Translations under genes and position numbers: made by a program
Notes under the pieces: model-generated
Database searches by the model: none
What the model was told of the DNA's origin: nothing
What the model saw: only the letters and a program-made list of their open reading frames with translations
IMG/VR virus record: IMGVR_UViG_3300004481_001312
Span: 5,324 to 69,323 of that record
Length of the DNA stretch: 64,000 nucleotides
Source of the DNA: a virus
Lineage: Duplodnaviria; Caudoviricetes
Strand: one strand, 5' to 3'
Shown: positions 26,568 through 35,164 of the stretch, in pieces
Position numbering within the stretch: position 1 is the stretch's first letter
How the letters are laid out: every line of letters begins with the position of its first letter

Positions 26568-27632
26568 ATGACTACTTGGTTGATCGACATTTCGAATCAT
26601 CAGGGCGCGTTCGACGTTGGTCGGGCTGTGTCCGAGGGCTACTCCGTGGTGTGGATGAAGGCCACGGAGGGAACGTCGTTCCGCGATGGAAGGTTTGACA
26701 CGTTCGCTGCGCAGACGATCGCTGCCGGTGCCTTGCCGGGTGCGTACCACTACCTACGGTCGGGGTCCGGTCGGTCGCAGTGCGAGGCGTTCTACGGACG
26801 CCTCGTGGATCATGGAGGCCCTGGTGGGTGGCTCGCAGCATGTGACAACGAGGCGGACGCCGGTTGGCAGACGACGGTGGACTTCTTCGCCAGGTGGCGT
26901 GAACTTGCCGGAGATCACCCGTTGTTCATGTACTCGGGTAATTGGTGGTGGGGTTCTCGTGGGTGGAATGGCGCCTCGTTGACGCCGTACCTGTGGGATT
27001 CTCGGTATGTGTCGGGGTCTGGGCTGGGGCCATCGTTGTATGGGAAGGTCCCTGGTTCGTGGTGGTCACCCCGGTATGGAGGCTGGGGAAATGTGACGAT
27101 TCTTCAATTTTCATCGTCCGGTGTTGTTGCCGGGCGTCCGATCGACGTGAACGTGTTTCGTGGGTCGGTGGACGAGTTACGTGCCCTCGCCAGGATCGGT
27201 CCGAAAACGCCAACGACGTCGGGAATAGATGAAATGCAGAGTCTTGTCAGATGGATCGGTTCGAACGCTGTGATGCTTACCAACGGCATTAATGCCCGGT
27301 GGGTAACTACTGAGGACGAGATGAATGGGCTTCGCGCGCTGCTCGGAGACGTCAGGGTTGTTGACACCAAGGAGCCATGCGGTCAGATTGTTGGGCCGCG
27401 TCCGATCGAGTGGGGACATGACCCAGCTGAAGAGTCGAGGGTTGCCGCCATGGCGGCCCGGGACCTAGCCCAGCAGACCCTCGATCGGGTGTTGGCCATG
27501 GAGATCGGAAATGTCGACGTCGGGGCACTAGCCATCGCTCTGGCGTCGGTGCTTCCGGTTCCGGTGGTTCCAAGCGCGGCGGAGGTCGCTGACGCTGTCG
27601 CGGACGAGGAAGCGTCCCGGCTCGCTGAGTAG
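26568..27632 (+). CDS. Endolysin, GH25 muramidase
   Basis: IDISNHQG, MKATEG, GAYHY, DNE (DxE), LQFSS, IDVNVFRG; GAGGAGG RBS. Confidence 0.92.
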   Translation: MTTWLIDISNHQGAFDVGRAVSEGYSVVWMKATEGTSFRDGRFDTFAAQTIAAGALPGAYHYLRSGSGRSQCEAFYGRLVDHGGPGGWLAACDNEADAGWQTTVDFFARWRELAGDHPLFMYSGNWWWGSRGWNGASLTPYLWDSRYVSGSGLGPSLYGKVPGSWWSPRYGGWGNVTILQFSSSGVVAGRPIDVNVFRGSVDELRALARIGPKTPTTSGIDEMQSLVRWIGSNAVMLTNGINARWVTTEDEMNGLRALLGDVRVVDTKEPCGQIVGPRPIEWGHDPAEESRVAAMAARDLAQQTLDRVLAMEIGNVDVGALAIALASVLPVPVVPSAAEVADAVADEEASRLAE

Positions 27633-27643
27633 CCGGACACGAT

Positions 27644-27690
27644 GAAGGCCCCGACCGCACTGGGAGGTGTGGTCGGGGCCTTCGTTTTTG
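27644..27690 (+). terminator. Intrinsic terminator after the lysin
   Basis: GAAGGCCCCGACC-loop-GGTCGGGGCCTTC followed by GTTTTTG. Confidence 0.8.
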
Positions 27691-27761
27691 TGGCCGTCCG
27701 GTGTCTCCCCCGAATAGCCGAGCGCCAGTTGGGATACTACGCGGGTGTCGTCATGGGCGGT

Positions 27762-27941
27762 TCACTGGCCAGTTGCCTCGAGGTAGAGACGATCTAGTTC
27801 CTCGATAGTAAGGTGACGAATCTCTTCCAGGCGGACACGCTCTGCGTTGAGTGTCTGGCCGATATGGCGGAGATCTTCAGGTGTGTAGATCTTGGTGGGT
27901 TCCGTGGTGTGGTTAAACGCGGTTCGGATTTTTTCGAACAT
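27762..27941 (-). CDS. Small hypothetical protein
   Basis: Likely start MFEKIRTAF. Confidence 0.45.
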   Translation of the reverse strand: MFEKIRTAFNHTTEPTKIYTPEDLRHIGQTLNAERVRLEEIRHLTIEELDRLYLEATGQ

Positions 27942-28246
27942 GGCTGGTCCCTTGGCTGGTCCATTGTGATGTGGTGTGTAGCTGTTCGGATTGCGGTTAC
28001 CCGAACAGATTGGTTGATCATGGAGTTGATCGAGTATGTGCCCGTGGCGAATGCTGCTGATGTTGCGATTCGTGCCGCGTTGGCGAGTTCCGCCCTGGTG
28101 AGTTGGTAGGTCTCGGATGCGCGGTCTTGTGCGTGGAAGAACGCGGTTGTCGTGTCGCATCCGGTTTGCTCGATGCGACTGGCGGCAGTTGTCAGTATCA
28201 ATTTCGCCACGTCGACTACACGTTGTGTTATTTGAGTGTCATCCAT
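27794..28246 (-). CDS. Hypothetical helical protein
   Basis: Likely start MDDTQITQ; the 3' end overlaps the next gene. Confidence 0.45.
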   Translation of the reverse strand: MDDTQITQRVVDVAKLILTTAASRIEQTGCDTTTAFFHAQDRASETYQLTRAELANAARIATSAAFATGTYSINSMINQSVRVTAIRTATHHITMDQPRDQPCSKKSEPRLTTPRNPPRSTHLKISAISARHSTQSVSAWKRFVTLLSRN

Positions 28247-28419
28247 GTTCGGACGGTACCGGTTGATGGTGTCCGGATGATGTCGTTCGTTTGGTCGACC
28301 ATTCATGGCGTACCACTATGATACCCATATGCAATAGACATAGCGACACACTAGCGAATATTTGTGTGGATGTCGGATGCCCGACCCGCTGTTTTCGGAT
28401 CGGGCATCGGTTGTTTGGA

Positions 28420-28949
28420 CTATTTTGACAGCCGCCATTCATGCCGACTGGCGTCCCGGATCGCGTTGCGTACAATCTCGGCATCGTTGACGGTTGGAGG
28501 ATCGATGACCTCCACGGAGGTTTCGTCAAGGTAGCGGAGACGGACTTCCCCGTTGACTTTGATTCCGATTCGGTAGCCGTAGGAATAGGTACCATACTGG
28601 GATCGTTTCTCGCCCCTCCACATCACGGTTCCCTCTGCGCCGACATTTTTCCACGTTTCGTTGTGGAGCGGACACGGCGGCCCTTTACCGGTGTGTTCGC
28701 GTCCTTGTTGGCCTGGGCTATGTCGATCTCGGCGATGCGTGCCGCTAGTACGCCCTCGGCCTGGGCGATGATTTCTGGGTTCGCGTCGATGGTGGCGCTT
28801 CCATGTCCGCCGTAGCGGGTCGAGTCGTACTCGATATGGTCGATGGTGTTTGTGTCTGAGTTCCACACGGCCGCGATGAAGTCGCTGTCGTCGTGGCCGT
28901 TGCGCTCGTAGGTGCCTAGGACGAGGCCTGTGTGGGTGATGGTTCCCAT
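28420..28949 (-). pseudogene. Frameshifted hypothetical gene (two frames joined at an A5 tract)
   Basis: MGTITHTG...RSTTKRGK continues as NVGAEGTVMWRGEKRSQYG in the -1 frame at 28646-28650. Confidence 0.6.
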
Positions 28950-29190
28950 GTCGTTGATTGCCACTGGGTGCCTCCGTTTGCGTCTTGTTGGCACTGATTT
29001 GTGCTGACATGGGATACATTACCCTGCACGCTAGTGGTTGTCTACCCCTAACGCTCATCCCTTCGGCCCTTCCTCCGCAACCAACCCAGACGGCCCCTGA
29101 CGTCACGAAGTGCCTTGGGGTCCGGACATATGCGCACCACCACGAACGGGCCGTGTTGGGCCGCACGTGGCGCGCAACGGGCCGACACGA

Positions 29191-29223
29191 CGACGGCCCC
29201 CGGTAGTGAACCGGGAGCCGTCG
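29191..29223 (-). terminator. Hairpin after gene 29245..29427
   Basis: CGACGGCCCCCGG-TAGTGAA-CCGGGAGCCGTCG. Confidence 0.55.
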
Positions 29224-29244
29224 TTGGGGAGAAGAGCAGTGCGG

Positions 29245-29427
29245 TCAGGTACGGCCAGCGTCACGGACCGTCGTGAGCGCCTCGCACGCGTTGTGGATCG
29301 CAGTCTTGACGTCCGAATCGAGGGCCGCCCAGTCGCTGGTATGGACCAGCGCCATCAGGGCATCGATCGCGCGTTGCGCCTTCGCTGTGGTGATCCGACG
29401 GTTTCCCCACAGTCGCCCGGTCGCCAT
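29245..29427 (-). CDS. Small hypothetical protein
   Basis: 60-aa ORF followed by a hairpin. Confidence 0.5.
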   Translation of the reverse strand: MATGRLWGNRRITTAKAQRAIDALMALVHTSDWAALDSDVKTAIHNACEALTTVRDAGRT

Positions 29428-29428
29428 G

Positions 29429-29689
29429 TCAGGTCCCTACGAGGTCACGGCGTGCCCGAAGGGCGAAGTCCGTGATCTTCTTCATCGCTGGGGACACCAT
29501 ATTGTCGCCGAGATCCGGGTGTGTGCCGTTGTCGAGGACGTGATCCTCGATCCGGTCAGCGACGTCGACCATGTTCATGCAACCGGTGCTGGGTTGGTAG
29601 TGGCACCGGACCACCGACCGGACGATATCCAGGAGTCCCTCGGTGACGTCCGCCTTGGTGCGGAATGACGTGAACCCCAGCTCGGTCAT
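29429..29689 (-). CDS. Hypothetical protein
   Basis: ATGA overlap with the upstream gene. Confidence 0.55.
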   Translation of the reverse strand: MTELGFTSFRTKADVTEGLLDIVRSVVRCHYQPSTGCMNMVDVADRIEDHVLDNGTHPDLGDNMVSPAMKKITDFALRARRDLVGT

Positions 29690-30324
29690 GCCGACAACCA
29701 CCCGTCCGGATCGTCCGCGCGGAGTTCGGCGAGGGCCTGGGCGTGACCGTTCGGGTCGTCCGCGTCGTACGGCCACGGGCGGACGATCGCTGGTGTCTCT
29801 GGGAGGTCGGCGTCTTCCTGCTCCTTGCGCCGTGCCCGGTAGTCCTGCCACCAGTGGTTGAACCGTGTCGCGGCCCGGTTCGCAGTGGCGTAGTCCGGCA
29901 TAGGGATGAGATCGTCAGGGCCGAGGACGTGCACGCACCAGTCATGGGCGAACATGATCTCCGGGTCAGACCACGCCGGTTCGAAACCAGAGCGTACGGC
30001 GGTAATCGTCAGGGTGTGGAACGTGATTGTTCCGCTGGGTCCGTCGCTGTCCACCAGTTCGAACGTGCACCGGTCGTTGTGTCCCGCGTCGAACGTGGGT
30101 AGGGCGTTTGGGATGGTTCGGTCGGAGTCGAGGATTCCAGTGACGACGATATGTCCGTCGATGACCGATGCTCCGGTGACCCGTCCAATCGGTGATCCGT
30201 CGGGGGCGAAGATCGGAGCGCCTTCACGGACGGTAATCACACAGTCGGGGTCGATGATACGGCCGGTTGGGTCGGATTTCCCGATGGGGGCGAGATTCGC
30301 GGCCCAGATGGTGTTCTGCGTCAT
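29686..30324 (-). CDS. Hypothetical protein; N-terminus resembles the prohead protease N-terminus
   Basis: WAANLAPIGKSDPTGRII vs WRGMLAPLDVSTGDGRRF; own promoter TTGCAC-17-TATCGT. Confidence 0.6.
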   Translation of the reverse strand: MTQNTIWAANLAPIGKSDPTGRIIDPDCVITVREGAPIFAPDGSPIGRVTGASVIDGHIVVTGILDSDRTIPNALPTFDAGHNDRCTFELVDSDGPSGTITFHTLTITAVRSGFEPAWSDPEIMFAHDWCVHVLGPDDLIPMPDYATANRAATRFNHWWQDYRARRKEQEDADLPETPAIVRPWPYDADDPNGHAQALAELRADDPDGWLSA

Positions 30325-30376
30325 AATGGCCACGATACCCGAAGCGTTACAGGTGTGCAATATGTAGCACATGTAG

Positions 30377-30403
30377 CGGCCCCCGGTGGTATGCCGGGGG
30401 CCG
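30377..30403 (-). repeat. Dispersed hairpin family copy (probable terminator)
   Basis: CGGCCCCCGG-TGGTATG-CCGGGGGCCG. Confidence 0.8.
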
Positions 30404-30420
30404 TCGTAGCTAGTGGCTTA

Positions 30421-30825
30421 TCAGTCGCTTCCGGCCGTTCCCGGAAGGGTTCCCATCTCTAACCAAGCATTGACGCCATTGCATCGCTCGGTGTGAAGGC
30501 CGAGCGTACAGAACCCCGTTGCGACGTCCGGAAATGTATGGGTGCTAACGCGTCCGGTGTTCCTGTTCTGGATCCTGATAGTCGCGTCGCCCTTGCCATC
30601 GGGGCTGGTGAAGATGGTTCCATTGTCGACGTTGGCGAACATGCTCCCCGTGGTGTTGACGAACCAGGCGAGGACACCGACGCAGCGGCCGTAGTAGTCG
30701 ATGACTGCCCCTAGGATCGGCTCCTGCTCGACGATCGACGCGGTCAGCGCTGTCTGGAGCTGTGCCTCGGTGGTCTGGGTTAGTTCCGGTATGTCCAGGA
30801 CGGTGGTGTTCGTGTTCTGCGTCAT
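30421..30825 (-). CDS. Hypothetical protein (MTQNTNTT start)
   Basis: Driven by TTGGAT-17-TAGACT, 6 nt before the ATG. Confidence 0.65.
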   Translation of the reverse strand: MTQNTNTTVLDIPELTQTTEAQLQTALTASIVEQEPILGAVIDYYGRCVGVLAWFVNTTGSMFANVDNGTIFTSPDGKGDATIRIQNRNTGRVSTHTFPDVATGFCTLGLHTERCNGVNAWLEMGTLPGTAGSD

Positions 30826-30940
30826 ACCAATAGTCTACATGACGCGTTAGGGCTATCCAAGCCATACCGGTCATCCTTCTGGACGATCCTCCAGACCAGA
30901 CATACAACACGACCCCCGGCGGTATGCCGGGGGCCGTGGT
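30801..30940 (-). repeat. 140-bp terminator-promoter-gene-start module, copy 1
   Basis: 135/140 identical to the reverse complement of 44929-45068. Confidence 0.92.
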
Positions 30941-30956
30941 CGTGATTGGTAGTGGT

Positions 30957-31346
30957 CTACGCGGCGTAGTCCAATCGGCGGGACGTGGCGAGCAGGTGGG
31001 CGAGGTCCTCGACGCCAATCGACACGGTTTCGGTAACTCCGGCCGATGAGAAGGCGTTGACACCGGCCTCGCGTGCGCGGTCGATGACTATTGCCTGCCG
31101 ACGCGCTTTGGGGTCGGTGTCGAGTAGGTCCTCGCGTCGGTACTGGTCGGCTAGGGTGAACTGGCCAAGGATCTGTGCCGCGTCCGGGGTGACGCGGTAG
31201 GTGCAGCTATCGGACTGCGTGATCCAGCCGTTGCGTCGCATTGACGCCAATGTCCGGTCGGCGTACTGGGTGGCGTCGCCAACACGATCATTGTTCATTG
31301 CGTTGCGGAGTGCGGTCTCCTGGACGGTGGTTGGGCGAGCGGCCAT
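30957..31346 (-). CDS. Hypothetical protein, possible winged helix
   Basis: TLASMRRNGWI..YRVTP; AGGAG RBS. Confidence 0.55.
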   Translation of the reverse strand: MAARPTTVQETALRNAMNNDRVGDATQYADRTLASMRRNGWITQSDSCTYRVTPDAAQILGQFTLADQYRREDLLDTDPKARRQAIVIDRAREAGVNAFSSAGVTETVSIGVEDLAHLLATSRRLDYAA

Positions 31347-31466
31347 GTCTGGTCTCCTTCGTCATGGGGATCACCCCCCATTGCGTAATGCCATCGTACC
31401 CCATAACGTTAGTGGGTCACAAGTTATGGCCTTGTCATTTTGATCTGATTTACGCCAGACATGACA

Positions 31467-31495
31467 ACGGCCCCCGGTGGTGTGCCGGGGGCCGT
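31467..31495 (-). repeat. Dispersed hairpin family copy
   Basis: ACGGCCCCCGG-TGGTGTG-CCGGGGGCCGT. Confidence 0.8.
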
Positions 31496-31576
31496 CGTGG
31501 TTACTGGGGGTCAGGATCGGTGCCAGCTGGACCGATGGGGATATCCACCATGGAATGTCCCCTCGATGTCGGGTCG

Positions 31577-31996
31577 CTAGGCGATATACCGCCCGTACAA
31601 CCCAATAATGGTCTCCGAACCGACTAGCGCTCCACGGGACGCGTCTCGTTCGATACACACGTCTGGCAACACGTCCCGCATGTCCCACACCTCGACCTCG
31701 GTCCCTATGTCGAGGGCGAGTTTCCGAATCTTCTGAAACGATTCCTCGTCCAGCCAGGTGTCGTCGGAGACGACGTCGAACCCGGCCTTGAGGAGAACGC
31801 GGATCGTTGGGTATTGGGCCTTCGTCACGGCGCGTTCGCATTCCCGCATACCGGAGAAGCGCATACCGTGGAACATGACCCGGAAATCATCCCGGTTGAC
31901 CCGGCACCGGGTACGGGGATCTTCAGCTACCCACAGTCGGGCACGGGTGGTCTTACCAGATCCGGGTAGGCCACGGGTTACGACGAGGAGGCTCAC
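31577..31996 (-). CDS. Polynucleotide-kinase-like P-loop domain (AAA_33), no phosphatase domain
   Basis: RGLPGSGKTT, RVNRDDFR, VSDDT, CIERD. Confidence 0.85.
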   Translation of the reverse strand: MSLLVVTRGLPGSGKTTRARLWVAEDPRTRCRVNRDDFRVMFHGMRFSGMRECERAVTKAQYPTIRVLLKAGFDVVSDDTWLDEESFQKIRKLALDIGTEVEVWDMRDVLPDVCIERDASRGALVGSETIIGLYGRYIA

Positions 31997-32340
31997 GCTG
32001 CCGCCACCGTCGTTGTAGCCGCTTTCCGCGTAGCCGCTATACGGATCTGGGAGCACCGGGCACGGCCAATCCCGGCGAGACGGCCGACCTGGGCCGGCGT
32101 GCGCCGGTCCGTCGCGATCATCTGGTCACGAGGGGCCTGGACGGATTCACGTTGCGCCATCGCGGCCTCATAGGCAGCGTCGGCCTGGCGTTTAATCGTC
32201 CTAGCCTTGATCACTTCTACCTCTGCCGCGTCGATCGTCGCAGCCACATCGTGCCACAGGTGGTCTGGGTACTCGGCTTCGTCAACTATGTCGATCTCGA
32301 CTGGTGTGACCGTTTTCGGTTGGGGAATCGCGGTTTCCAT
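31993..32340 (-). CDS. Coiled-coil protein with C-terminal HTH
   Basis: TPAQVGRLAGIGRARCSQIR. Confidence 0.6.
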   Translation of the reverse strand: METAIPQPKTVTPVEIDIVDEAEYPDHLWHDVAATIDAAEVEVIKARTIKRQADAAYEAAMAQRESVQAPRDQMIATDRRTPAQVGRLAGIGRARCSQIRIAATRKAATTTVAAA

Positions 32341-32405
32341 AGCGTTGATAGTGCCACACCATGGGCGTTATAGCAATCGAACCTACAACGCCGATGGTTG
32401 TTGGG

Positions 32406-33479
32406 CTACATAGCGAGCCTGGCCACGACCGACGCCGTGTTCGGTGACCACGTTGCCCGGTCGATGACGGACAGGACTGGTTCGCCACGGTCGACCCGGC
32501 TACGTGCTCCACCGAGGCGCAACGCCCTGGGTGTGCACGGTGTGATGCCGGAATCGACTACCAATCTCGCCCAAACCCTGTGGACGGACCGGACTGTGAG
32601 TCGATGATCCGGCGCTGTGCTCCCGGACCGGCGTATCCCGGACCCACCGATCACGCCGAGACGGTCTACGGGACGTAACAGGGCTCCACGGCGGATACCC
32701 GCGAGGTGGAGTTCCCGAATCCATGCCCGTATCGCGCACGCTGGGCACGCCGACGTGTCGCCTGCGGCCCGTTCACGGCCGGCGTGGCTGATATCCACGT
32801 CAACGATCCCGGTGGACCATGCGCACGGCTCGCCTGGTTGGGCGTGGCAGTGGGGGCAGGTGTGGTCGATGGTCGTTGTGTGATCGTGTGCGACGTCGCT
32901 GATCTGGTTCGCGTCGATGGTCATGGGGCTGTCGTCCCACGGATCGGTTATGTCCGTGATGTCCAGGGCGACGATGTTCGGTACGGGAAGTAGGACGTCC
33001 CAGGCGAGTAGGGCGATTGCCCTGTTACGGATACCAAGAGTGGTATTCGGGCATGCCCGAATCGCCGTCAGGAGATCCGTTCGTGTCAGGCCATTGACCA
33101 CGGGCCGGACGCGACTAGACTCCGCCCCACAGAGCACGTTCCAGGCCGGGACGTTGTCCGGCACGGAGTGCCCCATGATTCGGTGCCGTGCCCTGATTGC
33201 CGTGATCCTGCACTTAATCGTGTCGGGTACATACCCGGCTTCGATGAGGGCTACGGCGTACGTGGCTATCGTCTCGGGGGTCGCTGGCATGGCGGTTCTA
33301 CCGGCACTTTTGCACCAGTCAGCGAACGCGCTCCATGCCGCTGCGTACAAGTTGGCGGTTGACTTCTTGTACTTTCCGTCTGGTGAGCTGAGGTATCCGC
33401 CGACTGTGAGCGCGCGGTCTAGCCGGTCAGAAAGTCTTGTGACTGTCTGTCCTGTTTTTTCATTGCCCGTGGCTTTCAT
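32406..33479 (-). CDS. Cre-like tyrosine recombinase homolog lacking catalytic residues
   Basis: SAM-like N-domain (WSAFADWC..PATPETIATY), GIRNRAI, CPACAIRAW, ALRLGGA. Box-I Arg, the His of HxxR and the Tyr nucleophile are absent. Confidence 0.8.
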   Translation of the reverse strand: MKATGNEKTGQTVTRLSDRLDRALTVGGYLSSPDGKYKKSTANLYAAAWSAFADWCKSAGRTAMPATPETIATYAVALIEAGYVPDTIKCRITAIRARHRIMGHSVPDNVPAWNVLCGAESSRVRPVVNGLTRTDLLTAIRACPNTTLGIRNRAIALLAWDVLLPVPNIVALDITDITDPWDDSPMTIDANQISDVAHDHTTTIDHTCPHCHAQPGEPCAWSTGIVDVDISHAGRERAAGDTSACPACAIRAWIRELHLAGIRRGALLRPVDRLGVIGGSGIRRSGSTAPDHRLTVRSVHRVWARLVVDSGITPCTPRALRLGGARSRVDRGEPVLSVIDRATWSPNTASVVARLAM

Positions 33480-33641
33480 GTCGTTTTCCCCAGAAGTGTG
33501 ATGGAACGTCGTTAGCTACATCGATGATGACCTTCATACGGTAGCTCACAGGCACCGGCTCCAGCCCCCCGGTTATGTCAACGTCCGTCGATCTTGCGGT
33601 TGGTGTGGCATCGATGGGGGGAGGGCAATTCGGACATGACG

Positions 33642-33668
33642 CGGCCCCCGGTGGTATGCCGGGGGCCG
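33642..33668 (-). repeat. Dispersed hairpin family copy
   Basis: CGGCCCCCGG-TGGTATG-CCGGGGGCCG. Confidence 0.8.
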
Positions 33669-33683
33669 TGGTCGTCGGGATGG

Positions 33684-34184
33684 TCAGGCGTTCGTGACCT
33701 TGACTCGGCGGATCGTGTAGTTCACGGTCGCGATCGCGCGCACCGGGATGTAGGTCATGGTTCCGGGGATTTCCTGGCGGGGTACCACGATGATGTCGTC
33801 GGGGTCGTTGAGTTGACGGAGGATTCCGGGCACCCGCAGGCCGTCAACCGCGTAGGACGCTCGGACACCGGCCACGGTCCAGAACTCAAGGCCGTGGTTT
33901 TCCTGTTCGAGGGCCGGAACGGGTCCGTTCCAGCCTACGACGCGGTAGTTCGTGGTCCGGGCGATCATCTGGGTCGCCCAGGTCTTGACGGGTTCGGGTA
34001 CGACACTGGACGAGAGTTCGAGTTCCCGGTTGCCGTCGTCGTAGAACGGCAGGAACGCGTCATCGTCGTACTGGTGGTCGTCGTACCAGGTGGGGCAGAG
34101 GGTCCATCGGGTGCCGATCTCGCCGTCGTGGAGGTCGACGAGGGCGACTTCGGCGAGGCCGAGGCGGATCGGGAGGTTGGTCAC
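33684..34184 (-). CDS. Hypothetical protein
   Basis: GAAGGA RBS before the GTG; followed by a hairpin. Confidence 0.6.
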   Translation of the reverse strand: MTNLPIRLGLAEVALVDLHDGEIGTRWTLCPTWYDDHQYDDDAFLPFYDDGNRELELSSSVVPEPVKTWATQMIARTTNYRVVGWNGPVPALEQENHGLEFWTVAGVRASYAVDGLRVPGILRQLNDPDDIIVVPRQEIPGTMTYIPVRAIATVNYTIRRVKVTNA

Positions 34185-34274
34185 GTTCGAGTCCTTCCGT
34201 GTGTGTTGACTGCCCATACCGTCCCACGTGCGCCACAGGTTGTCAACCCGTACGATAGGGGGATACGACGTGTG

Positions 34275-34676
34275 TCAAACGATGATGAGGGCCACGACCC
34301 CCAACCACCCCAGATGCCACGCCTGATCCACCAGGGCGAGACCGCCACCGTCCAGCCACGCCCCGGAATGCCTACACGCCACGGCGAGGCGACGAAGCGG
34401 GATACGCCGATCCGCGATGTAGTGCGTGATCGCGGACACGGCCAGCGCCACGATGACTTTGACTGGCGATAGGTCCATATCGAGACGGTAGGAGACCACG
34501 ACGACGACGATCGCGAGGGTAGCCGTGTATGTGGCTACATGAATGGAGCAGGCTATGCGGCCAGCCGCCCCGACAATGGCCTTCCGCTTGGCCTGCCAGT
34601 CTGTCTGAACCCAGTAGTCAGCGATCATATGAGCTATGTAGAGCATCACGAATATGGCCGAGAAACGGGATTCCAT
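34275..34676 (-). CDS. DUF3307-like membrane protein
   Basis: AHMIADYWVQ, IH, THYIAD, DQAWH. Confidence 0.85.
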   Translation of the reverse strand: MESRFSAIFVMLYIAHMIADYWVQTDWQAKRKAIVGAAGRIACSIHVATYTATLAIVVVVVSYRLDMDLSPVKVIVALAVSAITHYIADRRIPLRRLAVACRHSGAWLDGGGLALVDQAWHLGWLGVVALIIV

Positions 34677-34776
34677 GACTTCCTCCGGTGGTGTTATCGC
34701 TTGTGACACCACTATCTATCAAGATCACAGATGGCAATACGCAAAAATACACAGATGGCGTGTCGTGTAGAAGACA

Positions 34777-34805
34777 ACGGCCACCGGTGGTGTGCCGGGG
34801 GCCGT
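34777..34805 (-). repeat. Dispersed hairpin family copy (one mismatch)
   Basis: ACGGCCACCGG-TGGTGTG-CCGGGGGCCGT. Confidence 0.75.
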
Positions 34806-34819
34806 CGTCTTGGTTGTCG

Positions 34820-35164
34820 CTACTCGCCGACCCGCTTAGAATGGGACAGCGTGACCGGACCGATGTACCGATACATGATCCGGTACCACGCGAAATCGGC
34901 GGTACCCGGTAGCGGTGTCGCGGCGTAGGTAGCGAAGCATCGTCGGCACACAACCGCCTGGTCCACTTCGATCGTCATCTTTGGACTAAACCTGACACTA
35001 GCCATCTGGTCGGCGTGGCACGGGAGCTCTGAGACGAGTCGAAAAGTGTGCGTTGTCGCCCACCGTAATATCACGGCACCGGGGACCAGGTCACTAATCC
35101 GTGGAGTCCGAGTTTCCGGAATTACCACCCCGGTCGCGTCTTCATGATTCGTCGTGGCGGTCAT
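34820..35164 (-). CDS. Hypothetical protein
   Basis: ATGA overlap with the exonuclease stop; VCRRC motif. Confidence 0.55.
   Translation of the reverse strand: MTATTNHEDATGVVIPETRTPRISDLVPGAVILRWATTHTFRLVSELPCHADQMASVRFSPKMTIEVDQAVVCRRCFATYAATPLPGTADFAWYRIMYRYIGPVTLSHSKRVGE

Noticed and set aside
30377-34805. Hairpin-bounded genes plus a tyrosine recombinase as an integron
   Set aside because: The hairpins lack attC R/L boxes and extrahelical bases, and the recombinase lacks catalytic Arg/Tyr and the IntI insertion. Kept only as a terminator/cassette hypothesis.
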